64,000 nucleotides of DNA from assembly GCA_002633005.1 (NCBI GenBank), contig NMRA01000613.1, forward strand, positions 1 to 64,000. Reading direction: 5' to 3'. The translations under genes were made by a program, and so were the position numbers. Shown here in pieces: positions 26,842 through 38,590 of the stretch (position 1 is the stretch's first letter; every line of letters begins with the position of its first letter). Source of the stretch: Phoronis australis (Eukaryota > Animalia > Phoronida). Below the pieces are notes generated by a model. It was not told where the DNA came from. It saw only the letters and a list, made by a program, of their open reading frames with translations, and ran no database searches.

Positions 26842-27519
26842 CTTAAAATACAAATTTTCATAATCAAACTCGATCCAACAACCGATCAAATTACTGTGCA
26901 CTCACTGAAATGAAAGCAGGTGAGCAATGTTCTTAGTGAAATGGAGCGAACCGGCGTAAAAACCAATTGCCGATTTCACGGTGATTTCGAGCAACACTTG
27001 TTTACAACGATACAGCTTGCACTTACCTGGAACAACCAGCGCTCCACCTTTGCGTATTGAAAGCGGGTAATATCTTGACAGCATAAATTTGTATCATGAA
27101 TGTTCGAGTGCTTCGTTCTGTCACACTGCACAGACTCGTTGGGCTTGCATCAACGCTACATAAACGACTGCCGCAACCGAATTTAAATACATGCCTTCTC
27201 AAAAGTGTGTTTAAGACATCGTCCTACTCTGGGTTCTCCCAAATCCTCCCGCTACCAACATCAAAATGTTTTTTTCATGAAACTTTACCGTGCTGGAGTC
27301 TTTCAGTCACATATCCCAGACAGGAAATGTACGAAAGCACCACACGAAAACAACGCTCAAATATTTCCATATGCTCCAAGAATTTTGTGGCGACATTGCC
27401 GACTTCAATTCGATGGCAATAAACGACTGGAATTTTTTTATGGAAACGAAGTCTGTCAATACAGGCACTCAAAAAAGAGTTTCGCCACTCTTTCGTCTCG
27501 GACCAGTTAGTGACCTCAC

Positions 27520-27619
27520 CGTGTCCTCTGTACTCGTCGCATCGCTAACTCTCATGGAGGTACCCCTTGTTTGGTATGAAGACAGCTGCTTTTGTCGTTT
27601 GGTACGTGGACGGCGTACT
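27520..27619 (-). CDS. Ig receptor copy B, juxtamembrane cytoplasmic exon (acceptor AG reads AA)
   Basis: VRRPRTKRQKQLSSYQTRGTSMRVSDATSTEDT with a GTGAG donor, homologous to 45291-45387. The acceptor reads CTAA|AGT where copy C has CTAG|AGT. Confidence 0.65.
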
Positions 27620-28696
27620 TTAGAAAACGAAAATGACAGTCAAATTGACCACTGGTGACGTTGTGAAGCCTCACTTTACAACATGGGGAGTATAATAAGG
27701 TTCTCCACCACAACAGAACAATGACCAAATTTAGCAAACTTCGGAAAGAACAAAAAATGGCCAATTAAATTCAAGTGGAATGTTGAGCCTTATGCACAGT
27801 TAGCCAAAAATAATGCTAATTGTTGTTTGTGAAATACTCCAGTTTTGTATAAATGACTATAAAATGTGACATTTCAAGATGGAAAGGGTTTTTTTTTAGA
27901 AAACACAGAACGGCAAAGCGTGAGAACGCAACTCACTATAGGAACAGTGGACTATAACGTCGTACCTCCTTTCTCACAACAAACGACCTTTTGTAACAGC
28001 CTGGCCATTGCCCCACTATCCCAATTCCTGGAACTAGTGTTCTTATTGAGGTCTAACATCACATTTGTAGTTTCCCCAGAAAGTTTAAGTTTAGAAAATG
28101 AGTTACGCTAGGTTTGATGTAAATACTGTGAAGTAAATGGGGAACAATTGCCACGAATGTTAGTCAGTAGGACTTTTCAGTAAAAAAACCCAGTAGTTTG
28201 TCTTCTGGTTTGTTCTACCCGGAACCGGAAGTTCCGCCATTTTCAGACCACATCGTTGTTTCTTGCTGAAGTACAGGTACCCTGCAGACAAATGAAATTT
28301 GCAAAAAGTCTGGGCGTTAATGACATATTTTAATGTAAGCATCTGGTTTCTGCAGTACAAGATCATGAGGATTATCGTCTGTGCTGTGGACCCAGACAGT
28401 CGTCAATTTTTGATTTTGCCGGAGGAGAAAAATTCCCAAATCTCATATGTTTGTTCATTTTTAGATATTCATTTTTGAGAAACCCCACCGAGTGTATGGT
28501 TTGAGTAAACAAGGACTGAACTAGACTAGTAATGTCGTCGAGGTCAACCAATCGATATGTGGTCTTTGCCCTAATTTCGTTGTCATAGAAATCGACTAAA
28601 CAGGTTCTTCGAAATACTTTTGCAGTAAGTAAATATGCCATGTGACCAAGCAGGCCTTCAAAAAGGCAACGCAACGTCCGCTTTTAGTTCACATAC

Positions 28697-28841
28697 GTGT
28701 TTCCTCTAAATCCAGGAAGCAACACCACTCTTGTCTTTCGTACAACCAGCAATAGGACAAGGAGCAGAATTACATCTGAACACAAGGAAATGACAACAGC
28801 GGTTATTTCGCCACCTGTCAAACCTTGTTGTTGACTGGGAG
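28697..28841 (-). CDS. Ig receptor copy B, transmembrane exon
   Basis: TTTCTAG acceptor, APSQQQGLTGGEITAVVISLCSDVILLLVLLLVVRKTR...RGNT, GTATG donor. 145 nt, phase 1-2, hydrophobic helix followed by a basic stop-transfer signal. Confidence 0.85.
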
Positions 28842-28953
28842 CTAGAAACACACACCACCAGAATAATATTAGGATTGATTTCCGACGTGCAAACACCAAA
28901 GACAAAGAATAAGCGACATTTACATGTACAAGCACGGACAAAATATGCTAAGA

Positions 28954-29198
28954 CATGCGCGCACCCAGCCTTCAATATGAGGGGCTCGAATTCCTGACGT
29001 TGTGGATCTTTTGGTAACAAATACGAGAGCGTACTAAAAAAACAAAAAGAAACGAAATAAAAACGGGGGCACCACTGTGAATTGCGGGTTTGCGCTTTTT
29101 TAGTGGAAATTTGTGTCATTTTTTGGTACTTGTTGTTTCTTTTTTTCGCCAAGGGGGGGCTCGAATGAGCCCCCCGAGCCCCCCTGGGTGTGCGCATA
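28954..29198. mobile_element. MITE inserted in an intron of copy B
   Basis: TIRs CATGCGCGCACCCAG and CTGGGTGTGCGCATA, with TAAGA on both flanks. The paralogous site in copy C (about 48640) is empty. Confidence 0.75.
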
Positions 29199-30103
29199 TA
29201 AGATCCAGCGAGCAGAATTATCTGAATTCTGTCTCAAACACTACAACAGTGCAGTGTTTTTATCTCCCGTATAGTCAAGTGCTCTTATGTGTTTTTCTTT
29301 TACAAAAGTCAATCATTCAGTCTCAGAACAATCACGTGGTTTTCTTATACCGCTACTGAGGAAGGGGTGGGGGTTGGTGCAGCACGAAATTGATGACGAT
29401 CGGGGTGGGGGAGTAGGCGACGTGGAATTACCGTTGGCGGCGTGAGTGACGACCACGTGAGTTGTCACATACCAAACACTGACTACATTTTACCAGAACT
29501 GTAGTATTTTCAATATTAAAATGATACTAAACACGGCGTCGCCGTCTCCTTAAACAAAACCTAGTGGCCAAATTTCATTTCTGTAGATACAGAGGCAAAC
29601 ATGAAAATTACAATCAACATTAGACTAGAGGACGCAGCTGCGTGGTCGGATCCACGAAATAGTCGTCGTCATCACGTTCATATGAGCACTGTTGCTGATT
29701 TCACCAAAATAATTATAGGAACTTAAGTCATAACTGTGGAGGCAGGACGGATCGGCAATAAGCAGCCATGTAAATGTGGGCGCAAAAATCCCCAGTGAGC
29801 ACAACGACAAGCCAGTGTCATACACTGTACATTTTACAGACTTGGAGATAAAAATATTGACCTTTGTACAGTTTATAAAAAAGTACCAGAGGACATCTAT
29901 CTGTATTGTAATTTAAATTAACCAATGGATTTTATAGAAAATCATAATCTAATCAGAGCTTTCAAATTCGAAATTTCCTTGGCTAAGTTGAAGGAAACAG
30001 GATCTGTTTGGACCGGGTCCTAAGCGTGACGTGCTCAGTGGATGACCCGACACTGCATTGTGCGTCTTCCTCAGCTATAAGACTGAGGTTATTCTGCGCT
30101 TAC

Positions 30104-30427
30104 CCGTCACTTTAATGGGTTGAGTTTTCACCGACAAACTAGCCTGCCTGTTGGACACGGTGCACCTGAACTGTACACCATCGTCAGCTTTATCCAGGTT
30201 CACCGCCAGTCTACTGGTGCCGCTAGTTGTCCCATCAGTGTTGTTGGTGGCAGTGATCATCCCATTCTCAGTCACGTTGGTGTGTGCAGCGTTACCAATC
30301 CGGCGTGACCACACTATGGCAGCCTGAGGTTTGCCCAAGTTGGCTGTACACGTGAGGACAGTCGGTCCTGCGCCACCAAGGACAGACTGTGTGGGGGCTC
30401 CTGTTATAGATGGCTTACCTGGGGGGT
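30104..30427 (-). CDS. Ig receptor copy B, C2-type Ig exon
   Basis: Phase 1-1, 324 nt. YPPGKPSITG...VLTCTANLGKPQAAIVW...SRLAVNLDKADDGVQFRCTVSN has canonical Cys-Trp-Cys in a CD80/nephrin-like C2 pattern. Confidence 0.9.
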
Positions 30428-30816
30428 CTGATAAAGAAACAGTAGCATGGGATTTGGAGCTTAGTCCCCTGCAAGCTGGATTGTTTCGTCCACGGCTGTT
30501 TTTTATCATAGCCTATACTTTAAATGTTTTTATGGAAGCTCATTCTCCTAAATTATGGGATACTACATATCAGGAGCATAAGGTTTGCCCTCGTTTGATG
30601 TTTTTTTTATTAATAAATTATTCTTGGAAAAAAATTGATAGGTACTGAATGAAGAAGGCCTTTTAAATAAAGACAGTTTTCTGAAACCGTCCGAAAATGT
30701 CACAAACTAAATGCATATACGCGGATATTTCTTTCGTTCCATAGACCTCTTTACATTCCTCAGCATTCTATTGCAAACTGCCGAGTCCTAAAGAGAATAA
30801 TAAAAACACAACTTAC

Positions 30817-31182
30817 AGTCTTCTACAAGTAGAACAAATGAAGATTTACTGGTGCCGCCAACAATGGACACATACACAGTGCACTGGCCTTCATCATCGG
30901 GTGTAACGTCTGACAAAGATATGGTAAAATTAGTTTTCCCATGAGAGTAGTCAGTAGAACCACGAGAAGCATAGACACCGTGGAACACTCCATCGTTATT
31001 AGGTGGATTGGGTGGTAAATAGTAAGCTGCTTCAAACACACTCACTTCATCTTTCTTCAGCCAAAGCCTGGTAAAAGTTTCGAAGCTCTCTAGTGCATAA
31101 CTTATCATGAACGTGGCAGTTCCACCGTTGACAGCAATGACTTTACATGGTGCAACGATGGCCAAAGCAGAGACGCAGACAT
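30817..31182 (-). CDS. Ig receptor copy B, V-type Ig exon
   Basis: TTGCAG acceptor and GTAAG donor, 366 nt, phase 1-1. Encodes GGTATFMISY...NFTISLSDVTPDDEGQCTVYV. Confidence 0.9.
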
Positions 31183-32392
31183 CTGCAATAATAATAACAC
31201 ACGCTATATACCGACCTGCTGTGAGATTGTGTTTGAATCTTACAAGCAGAGATTCACCAACTAATTCAATTTGTAGTGTTCTCAACAAATTCCCTTTAAT
31301 GTAAGACCTGTTAAACAGCACAACGACTTCTGACGATGCTAGCTTCGTCAGGGTGCTCTCGTGCACTAGGAAACAAAAAGGTTCTCTTGAATGTATGACC
31401 AAACAATGCAACAGCTGAACAATATTCCTGGCATTTATTCATGGATCTTTGAACAGGCACATCCGTCATTGCCAACTGAGAGAAATCTAAAACAAATGTC
31501 GCAAAAACGCACAGAAGAGTAAAAAGAACTGCAAATATGCAGAAACCAATGAGGCTACAACAGAGTATTATACAATGTGAGGTTTAACCCATTTTTTCTT
31601 GCATGACATACGCTATCCTTCGTACTAAATATACAGCTTTGCCCCTATATAGGCAAAGATGGCTAGTGTCACTGAAGACTATACTCTTCTTTGGGTAAGC
31701 TAAAGTATTCGGTGTTGCAAAATTGATGTGCCACCGTTATTCTCCTGCTAAATTTGTTGAGCGATCTTTTGCGCCAGCTGTCGGCGCCATGAAATATTGC
31801 GTCACCTATTGGGCCAGGCCAATTTCTGTTTTCGCCGATTCTTCAATCAACTGCTTTTCTTCCACGTGGTTGCGTACGTCACAACAAATTATCGGAACGG
31901 GTTTCATTTCATTGATGTTTTAAGTATTCTAATTTCAGCAAACAGAATTATTTCTGAACAAACTTTGCTGTACGAAACTGTCATCAACTCCCCAGAGATG
32001 TCGCAAAAATTTAGGAAATGGCGCGTGCACATGTCATGAGCGTACTGTTTTCGAAATGACGACAAACTTTTCTTTGTTGCAAAAGGCGGAGAATTATTAA
32101 TGCAAAAATGAAGTTTATAACATTGTTTTCCTCTTAAACGGACGGCTGCAACGGACAATGGGAGTGTCGCTTGACTCCTAGGTATTGCATGCACCCCTGG
32201 CGTTTGCTATCTCTACATGATACGATAACTTTCACAGCGAGTTGAGAAGCAGAAATTCAGTACTCGGGCTATGTGAAATTTGGGGACTAACAGAGCGGTA
32301 CGTAATTGTATTTTGACGATATTCGTTATACAGGTAACTGGCTGGCTATACATACGCCTGGTTAATTTTCACACTCACAAAATAATACGTAC

Positions 32393-32456
32393 CTTTCACT
32401 GAAACTGTTACTGTTAAGAGGAGGATGATTCGCGACAGTGTTGTCACGCGTGTCAT
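32393..32456 (-). CDS. Ig receptor copy B, signal-peptide exon
   Basis: MTRVTTLSRIILLLTVTVSVK with a GTACG donor. 64 nt, phase 1. Confidence 0.85.
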
Positions 32457-34863
32457 AATCGCCGCGAAACGAGATTAACCAGAAAACAAGGTACACTATG
32501 ACACATCTTGACCTGAATAACGAAAAAGCGCCGTGTGGTCACCATTTTTGATGTACTACGATACATTGCAGTTAGATCGACATGTCTGAGTGTCACTTGT
32601 CTGCTCGAGAACAAATTTCCTTCTGTTCGTCTTGAAACTGATGGCAAACTAGCATTTAAATGTAGGTACATGTATACTGCTGCTAAACTTCCGAATGGTC
32701 TGCCTAACGAGATACGCACTCATTTTCTTTTTCCACAGTTCAGGAGATAAATAAATAGGTGGTGTGGATCACAATGTCAGCTTCACTTTTATAATTACTT
32801 TTATATTGATATGTTTTAAATTTTTACTTATGCTTGTAAGAAAATATCTTTTTAGAGCTAATGATGATTGTATATAAAATCTGACTAGATTTCCTTGATT
32901 TGTTATAGAATCAAAAACAAATGATTTTTTTCTTTTATAATCGTAATCACAATAATAACTTCAAGACGTCTATCCCATCCAAAAGGCGATTTTGGCCGCA
33001 ACATTGGTGATGCCAATTTAAGACTAAAATCAGAGGCAATGCAACTACTTGAGAACAAAGAATAATGAAGCATGCCAATAGAGTAAAGAGCAATAAATAT
33101 TTAATACAAGAACCAATTGGAAAATAAACAAACAAAATAGTTAATTTAAATGATCATAGTTAAAAACAGATTTATTCATCAAAATCAGCTATTTTCAAAA
33201 TTAATTCTTTATCTTCCACCAGAAGGACGGGAAATTTGAATCCTGGATGTCACACTGCTGTTGAGTCCAAAGGAAGGGCCCGGAAGAGGAAAACTCCTCT
33301 CAGCTGATTGTGACACGACAGTGAAAAATAACCTAATGTTTGTGGTTGAAAAACATTCAAATAATCCGGGTCAGTGGCGTGTACAAGTGCACATTCTTAT
33401 CGTTCAGCATTGAACTACAACCCTGTGCTAGAATTTTATGGTATCAGACAGAGGATTTTGAATCCTAAACGAATTCGTAGCCAGTCCGCTATAGAAATTG
33501 TTTTTAGTATTCTGTAAGACGGCCATATTCCCTATAGCAGCCATAAGCTGTAATTTATGTAGCATAGCGTCAGTATTCCAAAAAGTGAGCTAATGCCATA
33601 TTCCGGATACGAGGTGACCCCTGAATTTAGTTACAGTGTAACTGAGACCGACATGTCGACTGAGTGAGATACTTTCGAATTCGGCAGACGTATATTTGTT
33701 CACCAAGCTGACAGTACTTTTCCAACTTATTGGTTACTAATAGTTGTACCACTCAAAACTATTCCCGTATTTTCAGCAATGTCGAACCTAATACCAGTGC
33801 TGTAGAGACATGGGCTGAGTTTCGGTATTACAACTAAAGGAAAAACAAAAAGATCTATTGGAAGGCTATAACTAGCCTTACTAGACAGCATACCAAACGT
33901 ACCTCAAAAAGCAACCCAGACACTGAGGTCACTGCAACGCCTTGAACCAACAAACATGTCGAACACAAACAAGTTTCATGCTTTGTATGTTTTATTTAAA
34001 AAAAAATCTATATTGAGGTCAAATACTTTTAGAGGGTGAGTTTGTTCATTGAATCAATCAACGTGACAATGAAAGTTTGCTCCTGCGCTTTTGTGTTCGA
34101 CATGTTCAAGGTAGAGACTAAATCGAATCAGATCACGTGTAAACATAAGTAATCGTCGTTCTTTCCAAATTTCGGCATAACCCAACTTAGGCCCAACATA
34201 TCCGTAAACCAAACAACAGTTTGTCAGGACAGGTGAAAAACTTATACAACTTCCCCAAAGCTGCCACCATTTCAACATGGTCGTTCATCAACCATAAAAC
34301 GACATTTCAAACCTAGCATAGCTCGCGGTGATAATGCATTTTGCAAAAGGAGCAATTCCAAGCAATTTTAAAACCACTGCCCTTCGTATCGCGAAAAATG
34401 CACCACTTTCTCTTACAGGTTTGCTCCAATTGCACCCAAGTGTGTGTGTGCACAGCGTACCCTAACACACAAAATCACAGAAAAATGCTCCACTGACTTA
34501 ATAAAATGGATGATAGAATAGTATTCCTGTGAACAAAGGCCTTGAACTAAGTGAGAAGGGATGGTCTAATATATTAAGATAACAATGAGCTAGAAGGGTT
34601 GAGCAACTGGTTAAAATAAATACAAAGTTTAAAAAGAGTACCTTGTGATTGGAACAGCGATGATTTAGTTTATCAAAAAATCCAACAGTAAAAGGAGAAT
34701 GTTATGGGCTTTTTAAATTTGGTATTTATCATTTGATTTTTCGAAAATCCTTGGTTTGGTGATGTCAAAAAGCATATTTGGATCAGGTCTGCATGATTTT
34801 GTTTTGAAAATTGATGTGGTGATAAGAAATTTATTTGTTGTATATTACTGCTTTTCAAAAACA

Positions 34864-36442
34864 AACAAGAGCAACGCAGAGCGTTGAAATGCGCCCACAA
34901 TTGCACCGCATACGGTATTCTTCTAGGGTTGTTTATTGGTACCATAAAGTGGCCAGTAGAGGGCATATATGTAGTATGTTGTACTTTGCAAAATGGAAAG
35001 GCATGGTCATTGTCTCCTCAATAGGCTAGGGGCAAAATGTGAGTGATCTTCATAATACAAGCACATCCTATACACCAGTTGCTTAAAGCACCACAGAAAC
35101 ATAGAATTAAAAACAAATTTACCAACATACGAGATTAGCACAGCATTAGAATGCCAGAAACAAATTTCTACTTGGAACTTTTCCTTCACAGTCACGAAGT
35201 AACACAAAGTATACACCTGAAGACCTATGAAAATACAGAGGTCAATGTAAAATACTAAAATTGCCACTAGAGGCATATACTAAAATTGCCACTAGAGGCA
35301 TACCGGTAATCAGAATCATCCTAAAGTCGTCATCGTCCGTTGTCAACATCACATAAATACACTTGCTAAATTTAGTAAAGATCCTGCAAACGGTTTGGGA
35401 GATACAGCCATGAGCGTAAAAAAAAACTGCCACTAGGAGGCGCCACAGTAATCAAAGTCATGGGAAATTCAGCGTCGACCGTCCTCTTCATAGTAAGAAC
35501 ATACATGCCAATTTTCACAATCATACTTATAGCGGTTTGGTTGATAGAGGGGTGGACGCCAAAAAACAGACTCAAAAACAGTGTGGGTGTCGCAAACTAG
35601 GTCGAATCCATCCGAAAACGGGAGGATAGCGTCATCGCACTAATAGGTGCCTACATACCAAATTTCATGAAAATCCGTTAAGGACTTGTGAAGATACAGA
35701 GGTACACGTAAAAAAATAAAATTGCCACTAGGGGGCACACTGGTAGGCGGATCCGTCCAAAAGTCGTCATCGTCTGTTGTTAACATATTATAAATACACT
35801 TATTAAATTTCGTAAAGATCCTGCGAACGGTTTAGGAGATACAGCCATAGGCTCAAAAAAAAACAAAAAAAAAACTGCCACTAGGAGGCGCCACAGTAGT
35901 GCAAATCGTCTGAAAATCATCGTCAACCGTCCTCTACATAGTAAGCATATACATGCCAATTTTCACAATCATCCTTCGAGCGGTTTGGTTGATAGAGGGG
36001 TGGACGCAAAAAAAAACAGACTCGAAACACACTAAAAATGGCCACTAGATGGCGCAAACTATGTCGAATCCATCTGAAAACGGCAGGATAGCGTCACCTC
36101 ACTAATAAGTGCCTACATACCAAATTTCATGAAAATCCGTTCAGGACTTTTGAAGATACAAAGGTAAGCGTAAAAAACTAAAATTGCCACTAGGGGGCAC
36201 AACGGTAGTCGGATCCGTCCGAAAGTTCGCACATTCCGTCCCATTCATGAATGGAACATATGTGCCAAATTTCATGAACATATGTCAAAGGGTTTTGGAG
36301 ATAGAGCAGCGGACGCCGGACGCCGGACGGACGCCGCCCGTACGGACGGACGGACGGACGGACGGACGGACGGACGGACGGACGGACGGACGGACGGAGA
36401 TGACGGCATAATGCGTCCACATATAAATATGTGGGCGCATAA
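34864..36442 (+). mobile_element. Non-autonomous Helentron-type element (HINE/DINE-1-like) with internal tandem repeats and (GACG)n
   Basis: Starts AACAAGAG with subterminal AATGCGCCCACA. Internal repeated units contain TGCCACTAG and CCAAATTTCATGAA, and a (GACG)n tract lies at about 36343-36397. It ends in the hairpin ATGCGTCCACATATAAATATGTGGGCGCAT plus an A-run, and it interrupts block Y relative to the other two copies. Confidence 0.75.
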
Positions 36443-36850
36443 AAATTACTTCACATCATCTCAGGTTGTGTACCGTGGTATGCCTATTCACCTTCTTTGC
36501 CTAGTTGTTATACTCAGCTCAAAATCAACTTCATTGACGCGATTGGCTGGATGCGTGTCGGTAGATCCTATCTACCTTGGCATGTACTTAAACAGAACGG
36601 TCTTTGGCTATTTTTTTAAAAAAATAATTGCATTGTCTTAGCATTTGACTATTCATTGATATGCAAAGTCGTAATTTGATTAACCTGTACCACTGTGTCG
36701 CAAACTAGAAAGGAAACTGTCCCCAAAGAACCCAGGTTAGCCCTTTTTAAAGTAGAGTTGGTCAGACAATGTTCACAATAGGCCATAGTGGCTATTGCTT
36801 CAGCTATACACACACAATTCGAGACAGTGTAGCTATGCATAAACTAACAC

Positions 36851-37167
36851 TTAGGTTATCATGCACACAGTAGCAGTTAGGTTACCATGCACACAGTAAC
36901 AGTTAGGTCATCATGCACACAGTAGCAGTTAGGTTATCATGCACACAGTAACAGTTAGGTTATCACGTACACAGTAACAGTTAGGTTATCATGCACACAG
37001 TAACAGTTAATTTATCATGCACACAGTAACAGTTAATTTATCATGCACACAGTAACAGTTAGGTTATCATGCACACAGTAACAATTAATTTATCATGCAC
37101 ACAGTAACAGTTATGTGATCATGCACACAGTAACAGTTAGGTTATCATGCACACAGTAACAGTTAGG
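36851..37167. repeat. 26-bp minisatellite, about 12 copies
   Basis: Unit TCATGCACACAGTAACAGTTAGGTTA repeated head to tail. Confidence 0.95.
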
Positions 37168-38590
37168 TATTTTCCGCACTGACTGCGGAATATTCCACAA
37201 AATTTGCGGAATATTCCGCAGATTTTGCGGAATATTACGCACCTGCAGAATACTGCGTTAGTTTTGTGGAATACTGGGAGTTGAGAAATATTATGTTTAT
37301 TTTGTATATTTTGTGGAATAATAATCAAAATAATAATTTTTAAAAATCAATGTGACAGTTGTAGAAGCGTTCCACCAACAGGAAAGTTTAACACAGGATT
37401 TTTAATTTTCTCCTGTCCAAATAAACATGCATTACATTCAATTGTCAATAACACTTGAAATTATTTGCCCACTCTCAATAATTAATCAATGTGACATTTG
37501 CAGAATAGTTCTTCATGCGGAACGGTTCCACAAACAGAATAGTTTTTTGGAGCACTCATTTTTTTTAATTCTCATGCCCAATAGAGTTAAAATGCATTCC
37601 ATAATCGATACCACTTGAAAGTATCAAAATGTGACAATCTTAATAATAATTAGTTGATCAATGTGCGGAACCGTTCCGCATGCGGAACATTTCCGCATGG
37701 GGAGGGGTTTCCCAAACAGAATGGTTTTGCGGGGTATTTGTTTTGTACAATAAACTTAAAATGCATTCCATTATCAATGCCACTTAAAAGTATCAATGTG
37801 ACAATCCTAACAATAATTAGTTGATCAATGTGACAGTTGCGGAACCGTTCCGCATGCGGAACCGTTCCGCAAACAATAGTTTTGTGGAGCTCACAATTTT
37901 AAAAAAATTTCTTGCACATTTAAGTAGAAATATATTCTATTCTCAATAACACGTGAAAATATCAATGTGTCAACATGAACAATGATTAATCAGTGGGGAA
38001 CTTGGTGAATGATTTGTAATACAGAAACCTACCTGAAGCAGACTAGGGAAAAACTGACATCTTGTCTAACCCATTTTATAACTTTTAGTAAAACCTTCAC
38101 ACAAGCCACAAAATATTCAAATCTTAACATGCAGCAAGCATTAAACATCAAAGTATCAGAATTTGTAGCCTAACAATAATTAAATAATAAAAGTGACAGT
38201 TACAGAACCGTTCTGCATGCGGAAGCGTTCCGCATGTGGAACCATTCTGCATGGGGGCGATTTCCCAAACAGAATGGTTTTTGAGGGGTATCTGTTTTGT
38301 CCAATCAACTTAAAAAGCATTCCATTATCAATGCCACTTGAAAGTATCAATGTGACAATCCTAACTATAATGAGTTGATCTATGTGACAGTTGCGGAACC
38401 GTTCCGCATGCGGAACCGTTTAGCAAACAATAGTTTTATGGACTTCACAATTTTTCAAAATTTTCTCTTGCACATTTAAGTTGAAATATGTTCTATTCCT
38501 AATAACACATAAAAATATCAATGTGTCAACATGAACAATGATTAATCAGTGAAGAACTTGCTGAATGATTTGTGATGCAGAAACCTACCT
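37168..38590. repeat. Complex repeat with palindromic GCGGAACCGTTCCGC motifs and a duplicated unit of about 540-bp period
   Basis: About 37660-38035 is repeated at about 38200-38590. GCGGAACCGTTCCGCATGCGGAAC and TCAATGTGACA recur throughout. Confidence 0.75.

Noticed and set aside
30075-30648. Plus-strand ORFs overlapping the Ig exons (also 50701-51019) and the BEL ORFs
   Set aside because: They are antisense shadows of the minus-strand coding sequence.
36184-36641. ORFs with GRTD/RPSV repeats
   Set aside because: These are translations of the (GACG)n tract of the Helentron-type element.
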